The notes below the pieces were generated by a model. It had not been told where the DNA came from. It did not search any database and saw only the letters and a list, made by a program, of their open reading frames with translations. This document shows, piece after piece, positions 1-7,853 of a DNA stretch of 64,000 bases. Numbering within the stretch: position 1 is the first letter of the stretch; each line of letters begins with the position of its first letter. The position numbers and the translations under genes were made by a program. The DNA comes from Actinomycetota bacterium (GTDB lineage Bacteria > Actinomycetota > Thermoleophilia > Gaiellales > Gaiellaceae): NCBI GenBank assembly GCA_046727655.1, contig JBKPDB010000043.1, positions 111-64,110 on the forward strand, written 5' to 3'.

Positions 1-859
1 CGTCGTCGGCCACGCCGAGTGCGCGTGCCGCTGCGGCGGCGGCGAGCGCGTTCTCGACGTTGAAGCTGCCACGGAGCTTCAGGTCTATGTCACCGAGGTC
101 GTCGCCGGCCGCAAACGTGATCGCGTCGGGAATCTCCGCCGCCAGCCGGGCGCCGAACTCGTCGCTCACGTTGATCACGGCCTGCGACGCCTGGGCGAAC
201 AATCGGCGCTTCGACTCGAAGTAGTCCTCCATCGTGCCGTGGAAGTCGAGATGGTCCTGTGTCAGATTCGTGAAGACGAGGACCGAGAAGCGCGTTCCTT
301 CCAGTCGTCCCTGCACCGAGGCCATCGAGGTCGCTTCCATCACGCAGATCCGGTTGCCCTTGTCGAGCATCTCGCGGAAGAGGCGCTGGAGGTCGATCGC
401 CTCCGGAGTGTTGAGCCCGACATCGCGCACCTCGTCGCCGACTCTCCGCTCGACGTTCGTCAGCAGCGCGGGCCGCTCACCCGCTGCGCCGAGGATCGAC
501 GAGAGGAGGTAGGCGGTCGTCGTCTTGCCGTTCGTTCCGGTGATCGCCGCCACCGGAAGCCGAGCGGTCGGGTCACCGAAGAAGGTGGCGGCGGCGCGCG
601 GCATCGCCGCACGGACACTCGGCACGACGACCTGAGGAGCATCGAGCTCGAGCCGGCGCTCGACAACGAGCGCCGCCGCCCCGGCCGCCACCGCATCCGA
701 CGCGAAATCGTGGCCGTCGGCCGTCACTCCGGGGATGCAGAAATAGAGCGAGTCGGCCGGCACGTCCCGCGCGTCGTACGCCAGCTCGCGGATCTCTGCG
801 GCTGCGCTTCCAATCACGTCGGTGGGGGCCAGCGCAGCGATGAGCCGCTCCAGCTGCAT
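1..859 (-). CDS. murE: UDP-N-acetylmuramoyl-L-alanyl-D-glutamate--2,6-diaminopimelate ligase (MurE), N-terminal part; gene runs off the left edge
   Basis: Own translation of the minus strand from ATG (complement of 857-859): MQLERLIAALAPTDVIG...AITGTNGKTTTAYLL (P-loop)...FTNLTQDHLDFHGTMEDYFESKRRLF. Absent from the ORF track because no stop lies inside the window. Position after ftsI fits the dcw order. Confidence 0.85.
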   Translation of the reverse strand, partial: MQLERLIAALAPTDVIGSAAAEIRELAYDARDVPADSLYFCIPGVTADGHDFASDAVAAGAAALVVERRLELDAPQVVVPSVRAAMPRAAATFFGDPTARLPVAAITGTNGKTTTAYLLSSILGAAGERPALLTNVERRVGDEVRDVGLNTPEAIDLQRLFREMLDKGNRICVMEATSMASVQGRLEGTRFSVLVFTNLTQDHLDFHGTMEDYFESKRRLFAQASQAVINVSDEFGARLAAEIPDAITFAAGDDLGDIDLKLRGSFNVENALAAAAAARALGVADD

Positions 860-909
860 ACGCCCGTCAAGTCTAGTGTCAGGGTCTTACGACGCTCGGC
901 GGGTGGCGC

Positions 910-2583
910 CTAGTACGTATGCGGCGCGTCCGGCGGAACCTCGAGGTACTGGAGGTCGAACCGCGCGATCTCCTGGAACGCCGGCGCCGCAACGACCCCG
1001 CCCCAGATTGCGCCGCGCGGCTCGTCGACGGTGACGAGCACGACGAGGCGCGGTCGCGACGCCGGCACGGCACCCACGAACGACGCGACGTAGCGCCCGG
1101 TCGCGTAGCCGCCGTGCGAATCGGGCTTCTGCGCGGTTCCGGTCTTTCCGGCAACCTGGTAGCCGGGAATGGCCGCGTACTGCCCGGTTCCTTCGGCGAC
1201 GACGTCCTTGAGCATCGTCATCAGCTGGCCGGCGATCCGCGGCGAGACCAGCCGGCGTCGATGAAGCGACGGCCGCCCGCCGCCGGAGACGTGGTCGATG
1301 ATGTGAGGACGGGACCAGACGCCGCGGTTGGCGATCGCCGCATACGCCGCGGCCATCTGCACCGGCGTGACCGCGATGCCCTGTCCGATCGGGACGTTCC
1401 CGATCGTCGACCCGGACCACCTGTCCGGCGGCAAGACGATGCCCGGGCTCTCGCCGGGGAAGTCGACACCGGTCGTCCGGCCGAACCCGAAGCGGTTGAT
1501 CCAGGCCGCGAGCCGCGTCTTCCCGAGCATCTGGGCGAGCGTGACCGCGCCGATGTTCGACGAGTGCGCGAGGATCTGCGCGACGGAGTAGTTCACGGTC
1601 CCGCGCTCTTCCGCGTCGTGGATGACGCGGTCGGCGACGTGGAGCTCGGACGGCAACGTGAACCTGGTGGACGGCGCCACGATCCGCTCCGACAACGCAC
1701 CCGCGACCGTGATCAGCTTGAACGTCGAGCCGGGCTCGTACGTGTCCGTGACGGTGCGGTTGCGCTGCAGGTCGGCGGGCGTCGACGGATACCGGTTCGC
1801 GTCGTAGCCCGGCTGCACCGCCATGGCGAGAATCGCCCCGGTGCGCGGATCGAGCACAATGCCCGTCGCGCTCTTCGCGTGCCACTTGCGCACAGTCTCG
1901 CGCAGCACCTCTTCGGCGTTCGCCTGGATCGTGTGATCGAGCGTGAGATAGACGTTGCGTCCCGGCACTTCGACACGCCGGCGCTGCACGTCGATGACGT
2001 GCCCGGCCGGGTCCTTGACGATCGTCTCCTGGCCCGTCCTTCCTCGAAGGACGCGATCGAGCTCGAGCTCGAGCCCGGACAGGCCCGTGCCGTCGACACC
2101 GACGTAGCCGAGGACCTGCGCGGCCACCGATCGCTGCGGGTAGCTGCGGCGCTCCTCGGGATAGCCGCCGAATCCGGGGAGCTTCAGCCGCTGGAGCGCC
2201 GCCGCCTGCGCCGGGTCCGCCTGACGGTCGACGTAGACGAAGCCGCGCGAGCGGTCGGCGAGCGATTTGTACACGCGGTCGGCGTCGAGGCCGAGCGTCC
2301 GCTCCACGGCCTGCGCCGCGCGGCGTGGATCGACGATCTGCATCGGGTTGGCGTACACGGTCGTCGCACGCTCGCCCAGCGCGAGCTCGACGCCGCTGCG
2401 ATCGAAGATCGTGCCGCGTTCTGCCGGAAGCGTCACCACCTGGCGGTGCTGCGTCTGGGCCAGACGCGAGAGCGATTCCGCCCGAACGCCCTGCAGCCAC
2501 ATCGCCCTGAGGAGGAGCCCTGCGAACCCGAGCGTCAGGACCGCGAGGAAGAGTCGGATCCGCCGGTTGACGAGGCGGTTCAC
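910..2583 (-). CDS. ftsI: Penicillin-binding protein 2/3-type transpeptidase (FtsI/PbpB, division PBP)
   Basis: 557 aa with an N-terminal TM anchor (LFLAVLTLGFAGLLL). Carries a PBP dimerisation domain and transpeptidase motifs (STFK in EPGSTFKLITV, SSN in AHSSNIG, KTGT in AGKTGTAQ). Lies between ftsL and murE. Confidence 0.9.
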   Translation of the reverse strand: MNRLVNRRIRLFLAVLTLGFAGLLLRAMWLQGVRAESLSRLAQTQHRQVVTLPAERGTIFDRSGVELALGERATTVYANPMQIVDPRRAAQAVERTLGLDADRVYKSLADRSRGFVYVDRQADPAQAAALQRLKLPGFGGYPEERRSYPQRSVAAQVLGYVGVDGTGLSGLELELDRVLRGRTGQETIVKDPAGHVIDVQRRRVEVPGRNVYLTLDHTIQANAEEVLRETVRKWHAKSATGIVLDPRTGAILAMAVQPGYDANRYPSTPADLQRNRTVTDTYEPGSTFKLITVAGALSERIVAPSTRFTLPSELHVADRVIHDAEERGTVNYSVAQILAHSSNIGAVTLAQMLGKTRLAAWINRFGFGRTTGVDFPGESPGIVLPPDRWSGSTIGNVPIGQGIAVTPVQMAAAYAAIANRGVWSRPHIIDHVSGGGRPSLHRRRLVSPRIAGQLMTMLKDVVAEGTGQYAAIPGYQVAGKTGTAQKPDSHGGYATGRYVASFVGAVPASRPRLVVLVTVDEPRGAIWGGVVAAPAFQEIARFDLQYLEVPPDAPHTY

Positions 2584-2589
2584 GGGCCC

Positions 2590-2958
2590 TCAGCGCGGGA
2601 GATTGAAATACGTCGTCTGGTCTCCGGTCGCCGGCACCCAGCCGAGTCGCCTCGCCGCCAGCCCCTGGATACGCGCCGCCGAGGCTGCGCTCGACAGCTG
2701 AGAAGACAACTGGGCCGTCTGCGCCCGCAAGTCGTTTCGCTGCTGGCCGAGGCGGTCGAGGTCCATGTTCAGGCGTAGCACCGCCACGTTCGTCGCGACG
2801 ACGCCGGCAAGCAGAACGGCGACGATCGCGATCCAGAGGACGCCTCCGGTGAGCCGGCGCTCGCGCCGTCTGACGCGAGGCAGCGACCGCGGCGCCGGCC
2901 TCTGCGCTTCCTCGACCCCGGCGGCCCAGGTCGCCACGTTACGTCTTGATCCCGACAC
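2590..2958 (-). CDS. ftsL: Cell division protein FtsL-like (single TM plus coiled coil)
   Basis: 122 aa with a basic N-terminus and a TM segment (VLWIAIVAVLLAGVVATNVAVL). A coiled-coil segment follows (LDRLGQQRNDLRAQTAQLSSQL). Canonical position between rsmH and ftsI. Overlaps the rsmH 3' end by 20 nt. Confidence 0.55.
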   Translation of the reverse strand: MSGSRRNVATWAAGVEEAQRPAPRSLPRVRRRERRLTGGVLWIAIVAVLLAGVVATNVAVLRLNMDLDRLGQQRNDLRAQTAQLSSQLSSAASAARIQGLAARRLGWVPATGDQTTYFNLPR

Positions 2959-3904
2959 GCAGGCGTGCGGAGGCCGCGCGCGGGTTCATGTCGATCTCGT
3001 GCGCGCTCGGCCGGATCGCTTTCCGCGAGGCCGAACGGAGTTCGGGCTCCCTCCCGCAGACGCAGATCGGAAAGTCGGGCGGGCACTCGCAGCCGCGCTC
3101 GAGGTCCCGCATGAAGCGCTTCACGAGCCGGTCTTCGAGCGAGTGGAAGCTGATCACGGCGAGCCGCCCGCCCGGCCGGATCATCGAGAACGCGGCCGGA
3201 AGTGCGGCCTCGAGCGAGCCGAGCTCGTCGTTGACTGCAATTCGGAGGGCCTGGAAGACCCGCTTGGCGGGATGCCCGTCGCCGAAGCGCGCCGGCGCGG
3301 GGATTGCCGCCTTGATCGTCTCGACGAGGTCCCCCGTGCGCTCGAAGCGCCGTTCCTTTCGGCGGCGGACGATCGCCCTGGCGATTTGCCGCGCGTACCG
3401 CTCCTCGCCGTACCGTTTGAAGATCGTCGCAAGGTCACGCTCGGCAGCCTCGTTGACGATGCCCGCGGCGTTCACGTCCGCGGCGGGGTCCATCCGCATG
3501 TCGAGCGGGGCATCGGCCGTGTACGAGAAGCCGCGCTCGGGTCGATCGATCTGCATCGACGAGACGCCGAGGTCGAGCAGGATCGCATCGGCCTCGACGC
3601 CGTTCTGCGCGAGCTGATCGAGCACGACGGCGAAGTCGCCGCGCAGGAACCTCGTCTGCACGCCGACTCGCTCGGCGAGGCGGTCGTAGTACGGGCGCGC
3701 GCCCGGATCGCGGTCGATCGCGATCAGCTTGCCGCGTCCTCGTAGGTCGGCGGCGAGGAGCGTCGCGTGGCCGCCCGCGCCGAAGGTCGCATCGATCACC
3801 GTTTCTCCGGGCTTGACGGCGAGGAGCCCCCGCACCTCGCCGGCGAGGACCGGGACGTGATCAGTCGGGCCGGGCTGCAAGACGTTCGGCAACATCTTCC
3901 GCAC
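2939..3904 (-). CDS. rsmH: 16S rRNA (cytosine1402-N4)-methyltransferase RsmH (MraW)
   Basis: HVPVLAGEV...DATFGAGGHA...IAIDRDP...DLGVSSMQID..RGFS: typical RsmH signature. Follows mraZ. Confidence 0.93.
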   Translation of the reverse strand: MRKMLPNVLQPGPTDHVPVLAGEVRGLLAVKPGETVIDATFGAGGHATLLAADLRGRGKLIAIDRDPGARPYYDRLAERVGVQTRFLRGDFAVVLDQLAQNGVEADAILLDLGVSSMQIDRPERGFSYTADAPLDMRMDPAADVNAAGIVNEAAERDLATIFKRYGEERYARQIARAIVRRRKERRFERTGDLVETIKAAIPAPARFGDGHPAKRVFQALRIAVNDELGSLEAALPAAFSMIRPGGRLAVISFHSLEDRLVKRFMRDLERGCECPPDFPICVCGREPELRSASRKAIRPSAHEIDMNPRAASARLRVGIKT

Positions 3905-4295
3905 TCCCTTCGACCTCTGCCAGCTCCTTGCGCCAGGCGGCGCGGTCCCAGATCTCGAGCCGGTCGTTGACGCCGGCGACGACGATTTCCCGGCCCAGCT
4001 TCGCGTGCTCGATCAGCTGGGCGGGAAGCATCACGCGGCCCTGTTTGTCGAGCTCGGCCTCGGCGGCCCCGGAAAAGAAGTGCCGTTGGAGCCGGCGGCC
4101 CTCCGGGCGGAGCGGATCCAGCGTGGACAGTCGAGACTCGACGAGTCGATCCCAATCCGAACGACGGAAGGCGTAGAGGCACCCGTCGAGCCCCCGGGTG
4201 ATGACGACACCCTCCGCGAAGGATTGACGGAACTTGGCGGGAAGGGTGAGACGGTTCTTGTCATCGAGGGTGTGGTCGTATGCGCCGAGGAGCAT
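3861..4295 (-). CDS. mraZ: Transcriptional regulator MraZ
   Basis: 144 aa: MLLGAYDHTLDDKNRLTLPAKFR...DKQGRVMLPAQL (two DxxxR SpoVT/AbrB-like repeats). First gene of the dcw cluster. Confidence 0.93.
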   Translation of the reverse strand: MLLGAYDHTLDDKNRLTLPAKFRQSFAEGVVITRGLDGCLYAFRRSDWDRLVESRLSTLDPLRPEGRRLQRHFFSGAAEAELDKQGRVMLPAQLIEHAKLGREIVVAGVNDRLEIWDRAAWRKELAEVEGSAEDVAERLAARPD

Positions 4296-4316
4296 TCTGG
4301 GGCCGGATCGAGATTA

Positions 4317-4358
4317 CCACTCTGCCCCACTTTAAACCACATTCCCCCACCTGTCCAC
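4317..4358 (-). promoter_or_regulatory. Putative MraZ operator: five GTGG direct repeats (plus strand CCAC) upstream of mraZ, four of them exactly 10 bp apart
   Basis: Plus-strand CCAC at 4317-4320, 4327-4330, 4337-4340, 4347-4350 and 4355-4358. Minus-strand reading: GTGGacagGTGGgggaatGTGGtttaaaGTGGggcagaGTGGtaat, ending 21 nt before the mraZ ATG (4295). MraZ is known to bind GTGG(G) direct repeats in its own promoter. Confidence 0.7.
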
Positions 4359-4384
4359 CCCTGGAGGTGGGTTGTTGCCGAGGC

Positions 4385-5227
4385 CTAGGGACCGGCGCTC
4401 TCGGCCTCTAGCTGCGCCTCGTACGGGCCGCGGCCGGTCATGACCGCCGCGCCGCAGCGAGCAGCGACCGCGACGGCCTCCTCGACGGAATCGCCGCGCC
4501 CGAGCGCGAACGCCAGCCCGGCCGCGAAGCAGTCGCCGGCGCCGTAGGTGTCGACGACCGGCGCCGGGAGCGGGGCCGGTCGGAACGGTCCGCCCGGCTG
4601 GACCCAGCCGCCGAGGGCGCCGGACGTCGTGACGACGATCCGCGGCGGCGGGTCAAGATCGCCCGGCCGGTAGACCTCGACCTCGTCCTCGGCACTCCCG
4701 ACGAGCGCGTCGAGCTGCACTTCCGCCTCGCGCAGCGTCGCCAGTTCGCGTGAGGTCGCGACGAGGACGCGTGCCAGGCGCGCATGGCGGAGGGCGTCCG
4801 CGTCGCCACTCACGAAGTAGACAGCGTCGAGCCCGGCGAGCTCACGCCAGGGAAGCCGGCTATCGCCGCCGCGCGGCCGAAGCTTCTGATCAAGGACGGT
4901 GATCGTCCGTTCGCCGCTGTCGTCGATGAACGTGAAAGCCCGCCTTGTCGCCTCGGCCTCCGGGATCGAGCGCACCTCGACACCGAGGCGCCCGAGCTCC
5001 GCGCGGGCCCGGCGCCCGAGCTCGTCGGCGCCGACCGCCGTGAAGAAGACACACGACCCGGCGAGCCGGCGCAGCTGGACGGCGGCGACTGCGCCGCCGC
5101 CTGCCGGCTCCTCCCAGGTCTCGAATGCGTGCGCGATCTCGCCGGGCCTGGGCACCGCTTCGACCCGGGCGAACTCGACCCACTCGACGTGCCCGACCAC
5201 CCCCACGCGCATGCGGCAGATCCTCAC
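4385..5227 (-). CDS. PfkB-family carbohydrate kinase (ribokinase-like)
   Basis: 280 aa. C-terminal motif DTYGAGDCFAAGLAFAL is the PfkB signature 2, with GG earlier (EEPAGGGAVAA). An alternative start at MRVGVVGH (5212) is possible. Confidence 0.75.
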   Translation of the reverse strand: MRICRMRVGVVGHVEWVEFARVEAVPRPGEIAHAFETWEEPAGGGAVAAVQLRRLAGSCVFFTAVGADELGRRARAELGRLGVEVRSIPEAEATRRAFTFIDDSGERTITVLDQKLRPRGGDSRLPWRELAGLDAVYFVSGDADALRHARLARVLVATSRELATLREAEVQLDALVGSAEDEVEVYRPGDLDPPPRIVVTTSGALGGWVQPGGPFRPAPLPAPVVDTYGAGDCFAAGLAFALGRGDSVEEAVAVAARCGAAVMTGRGPYEAQLEAESAGP

Positions 5228-5261
5228 ACCTAGGGCGGCCCGCGCGTTTCAAGATGTGTCG

Positions 5262-5714
5262 ATGACCCTGCCGCCTTTCGAGCGCTTCTACGAAGAGCAC
5301 CGTGAAGAGATCTACGCCTTCCTCGTTCGCCGACTCGGGCCTCAACGGGCCGAGGACGCCTTCCAGGAGACGTTCTTGAAGGCACTGAGGGCGTATCCGA
5401 GCCTGCAGCACGCGGAGCACCTCCGCGCGTGGGCGTACACGATCGCGAGTCGGGTGGCGATCGACGAGCATCGCCGTCCGGCCGCGGACGGCGAGCTGCC
5501 CGAGCTCGCCGCGCACGACGGCCGGCCGGCGTTCGCCGAGCTCGAGCATCTGGCGGAGTCGCTGCCGCCGACAGAGCGCGCGGCAGTCGTCCTTCGCTAC
5601 GGGTACGACCTCGACTACGAGGACATCGGCGCCGCCCTCGGCTCGAACGCAACCGCCGCCCGGCAGGCCGCCTCTGCCGGCATCCGCAGACTTCGCAGGA
5701 AGGAGACTCAGTGA
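5262..5714 (+). CDS. ECF-type sigma-70 family RNA polymerase sigma factor
   Basis: In-frame ATG at 5262 inside track ORF 4899..5714. Sequence MTLPPFERFYEEHREEIYAFLVRRLG..AEDAFQETFLKALRAY (region 2) ... ERAAVVLRYGYDLDYEDIGAALGSNATAARQAASAGIRRLR (region 4 HTH). The upstream part of the ORF overlaps the PfkB gene on the other strand. Confidence 0.85.
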   Translation: MTLPPFERFYEEHREEIYAFLVRRLGPQRAEDAFQETFLKALRAYPSLQHAEHLRAWAYTIASRVAIDEHRRPAADGELPELAAHDGRPAFAELEHLAESLPPTERAAVVLRYGYDLDYEDIGAALGSNATAARQAASAGIRRLRRKETQ

Positions 5715-6274
5715 ACGCCCTGTCCCCCGAGCTCGATCGCAGGTTCCGCGACGCCGCGGCGCGCGACCACTTGCTCGACGTCGCCTACGACCTCGTCGAC
5801 ACGCCGGTCGGCGAGCTGCTCGTCGCCGCCACCGACCGCGGTCTCTGCCGCATCGTCTACGACGCCTCGGCGGAACAGGAGGTCGAGCGCCTCGCGCGCG
5901 CCTTCGGCGTGCGGGTGCTCCGCTCCGCGAAGCCGATCGACGGCGCCCGCCGCGAGCTGGACGAGTACTTCGAAGGCAAGCGCCACGGCTTCGACCTCCC
6001 CCTCGACGTCCCGATGCTCGCCGATTTCAACCGGCGCGTTCTGCGGGAGCTCGCCCGCGTCCCCTACGGTCACGTCGTCACCTACGGCGAGCTCGCCGCG
6101 CGCGCTGCACGGCCGAGGGCTGCACGCGCCGTTGGGACAGTGATGAACCGGAACCCGCTGCCGATCGTCCTCCCGTGCCACCGCGTGATCGGCGCGAACG
6201 GCAAGCTCGTCGGCTACGGCGGCGGACTCGAGCGCAAGGAGGCTCTGCTCCGGCTGGAGGGCGCGCTGCTGTGA
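5711..6274 (+). CDS. ogt: Methylated-DNA--protein-cysteine methyltransferase (Ogt/MGMT family)
   Basis: GTG at 5711 overlaps the sigma stop (GTGA, 5711-5714). C-terminal domain GHVVTYGELAARA...VGTVMNRNPLPIVLPCHRVIGANG contains the PCHRV active site. Confidence 0.88.
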   Translation: MNALSPELDRRFRDAAARDHLLDVAYDLVDTPVGELLVAATDRGLCRIVYDASAEQEVERLARAFGVRVLRSAKPIDGARRELDEYFEGKRHGFDLPLDVPMLADFNRRVLRELARVPYGHVVTYGELAARAARPRAARAVGTVMNRNPLPIVLPCHRVIGANGKLVGYGGGLERKEALLRLEGALL

Positions 6275-6434
6275 CACCTGAGGAACTTCCGTCATGGCGG
6301 CGATCGACGCACCACGCCAACGGAGAGGCGTGCCGGGGCGAGTACGCCCGTCGCCGGGAGTCGGCTAGACCGAGGCTGCTACCCTCGGCTCATGCGTCGC
6401 TGGCGCGCAATCTGCTGCACGCAACACGGCTGAT

Positions 6435-6472
6435 CCGCCGCTTCCCACAACAAGCGTCCATGGAAGCGGCGG
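6435..6472 (+). other. Strong hairpin (11-bp perfect stem CCGCCGCTTCC/GGAAGCGGCGG, 16-nt loop) in the 270-nt ogt-GTPase spacer
   Basis: Read directly from the sequence. A second hairpin GACGCG(6478-6483)/CGCGTC(6492-6497) follows, then TCGGTTTCG. Function unknown (terminator or leader structure). Confidence 0.3.
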
Positions 6473-6544
6473 GACAGGACGCGAACTGAGCCGCGTCTCG
6501 GTTTCGCGCACCTTCCCGCAGATCTGAGAGGAAGGTGAAGAGCG

Positions 6545-7453
6545 ATGCCGATGCCGCATCGCACGCAGATGCAAGTGATCAAGCGCCGGCTCGTCGGCAA
6601 AGAAGGAACGGAGCGCATCCGCGAGTTGCGCGCGATCCTCGGAGACCTGCCGGGGTACAAGAGCGGCCCGTACGCCGACATCCGGAAGTGGGTCGAGGCT
6701 CAGCTCGAGCAGACGCGAACACGCAAGCGTGTCGTCCACCGCGACTCGATCGCGGTGCGCCGCGAAGGCGCCGCACAGGTCGCGCTCGTGGGCGCTCCGA
6801 ACGCCGGGAAGTCGTCGCTGCTGCAGGCGCTGTCCGACATCCAGATCAAGACCGGAGACTACGCGTTTACGACCACCCGTCCCGTTCCGGCGCTGACGCG
6901 CATCAGGGGCGTGCTCGTGCAGCTCGTGGAGATCCCCGGCCTGATCGAAGGAGCGGCCGAAGGACGCGGAGCGGCGCGTCCGCTGCTCGGCGTCCTCCGC
7001 AACGCCGACGCGATTCTCTTCTGCCACGACGCGGGGATGCCGGTCGACGAGCTTCGCGCCGTCATGCACGAGCTGGACGAGGCCCGGATCGAGATGCCGG
7101 CCGCGATCGTCGCCACGAAGGCCGATGAGATCGACGGAACTGCCGAGCTGCAGGCGGGATTTCCCGCGCTCGAAGTCATCGGCGTGAGCGTCCTCGACGA
7201 GGCGAGCCTGGATCTGCTCCGCGATGCGATCTGGCGGCTGACGGGGCTGATGCGCGTGTACCTGCGCGGCGGCGACCCGGTGGCTCTGCACCCACCCGTC
7301 ACGGTCGTGGACGTCGCGAACACGATCCACCACGATCTGGCGGCTCGGTGCACCGGCGCGCGTGTCTGGGGCCCGTCGGCGCGGTTTCCGGGGCAGCGCG
7401 TCGGCCGCGACCACCCGCTCGGCGACGGCGACGCGGTGGAGATTCTCGACTAG
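6545..7453 (+). CDS. OBG/DRG-like GTP-binding protein with C-terminal TGS domain
   Basis: G1 GAPNAGKSSLL, G3 EIPGLIEGA, G4 ATKADE. The C-terminal MRVYLRGG...VWGPSARFPGQRVGRDHPLGDGDAVEIL resembles a TGS domain. Confidence 0.8.
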   Translation: MPMPHRTQMQVIKRRLVGKEGTERIRELRAILGDLPGYKSGPYADIRKWVEAQLEQTRTRKRVVHRDSIAVRREGAAQVALVGAPNAGKSSLLQALSDIQIKTGDYAFTTTRPVPALTRIRGVLVQLVEIPGLIEGAAEGRGAARPLLGVLRNADAILFCHDAGMPVDELRAVMHELDEARIEMPAAIVATKADEIDGTAELQAGFPALEVIGVSVLDEASLDLLRDAIWRLTGLMRVYLRGGDPVALHPPVTVVDVANTIHHDLAARCTGARVWGPSARFPGQRVGRDHPLGDGDAVEILD

Positions 7454-7815
7454 GGCCAGCGCGGGGTCCGCGCGTCGACACGCTCGGCGTCGCGCCAATC
7501 GTCGCGCGTCGGCGCGAACACGTCGATCACGACCGCGCCGTCTGGCCCGACGTGCACCTCGTGCGGGACGTTGCTCGGAATGCACCACGTCTCGCCCGCC
7601 CCGAGCTCGCGCGACTCGTCACCGACGCGAAAGTCGAGGGAGCCCGCCAGGCACATACCGAGCTGCTCGTGATCATGGCTGTGCTCCGGGACGACGCTGC
7701 CGGGATCGAGCTCGATCACGCCCAACGTGAGCCGGTCACCGTGAACGATGCGACCGTGGACGCCGTTCCAGATCCGTTGCAGGTCGAGTGACGAGACGCT
7801 CCCGAATGCGCCCAT
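7450..7815 (-). CDS. Cupin domain protein
   Basis: 121 aa. G(X)5HxH...E motif region (GSVVPEHSHDHEQLGMCLAG) and second motif (GETWCIPSNVPHEV). Confidence 0.7.
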   Translation of the reverse strand: MGAFGSVSSLDLQRIWNGVHGRIVHGDRLTLGVIELDPGSVVPEHSHDHEQLGMCLAGSLDFRVGDESRELGAGETWCIPSNVPHEVHVGPDGAVVIDVFAPTRDDWRDAERVDARTPRWP

Positions 7816-7853
7816 GACGCGACCTTAGAGGACCCGCCGAATGACGCGTCGCG

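Noticed and set aside
4317-4358. Possible CRISPR-like or tandem repeat because of the 10-bp periodicity
   Set aside because: The repeat unit is only a 4-nt box with variable 6-nt spacers, 42 nt in total, directly upstream of mraZ. That fits an MraZ operator, not a CRISPR array. No other array-like repeats were seen in the window.
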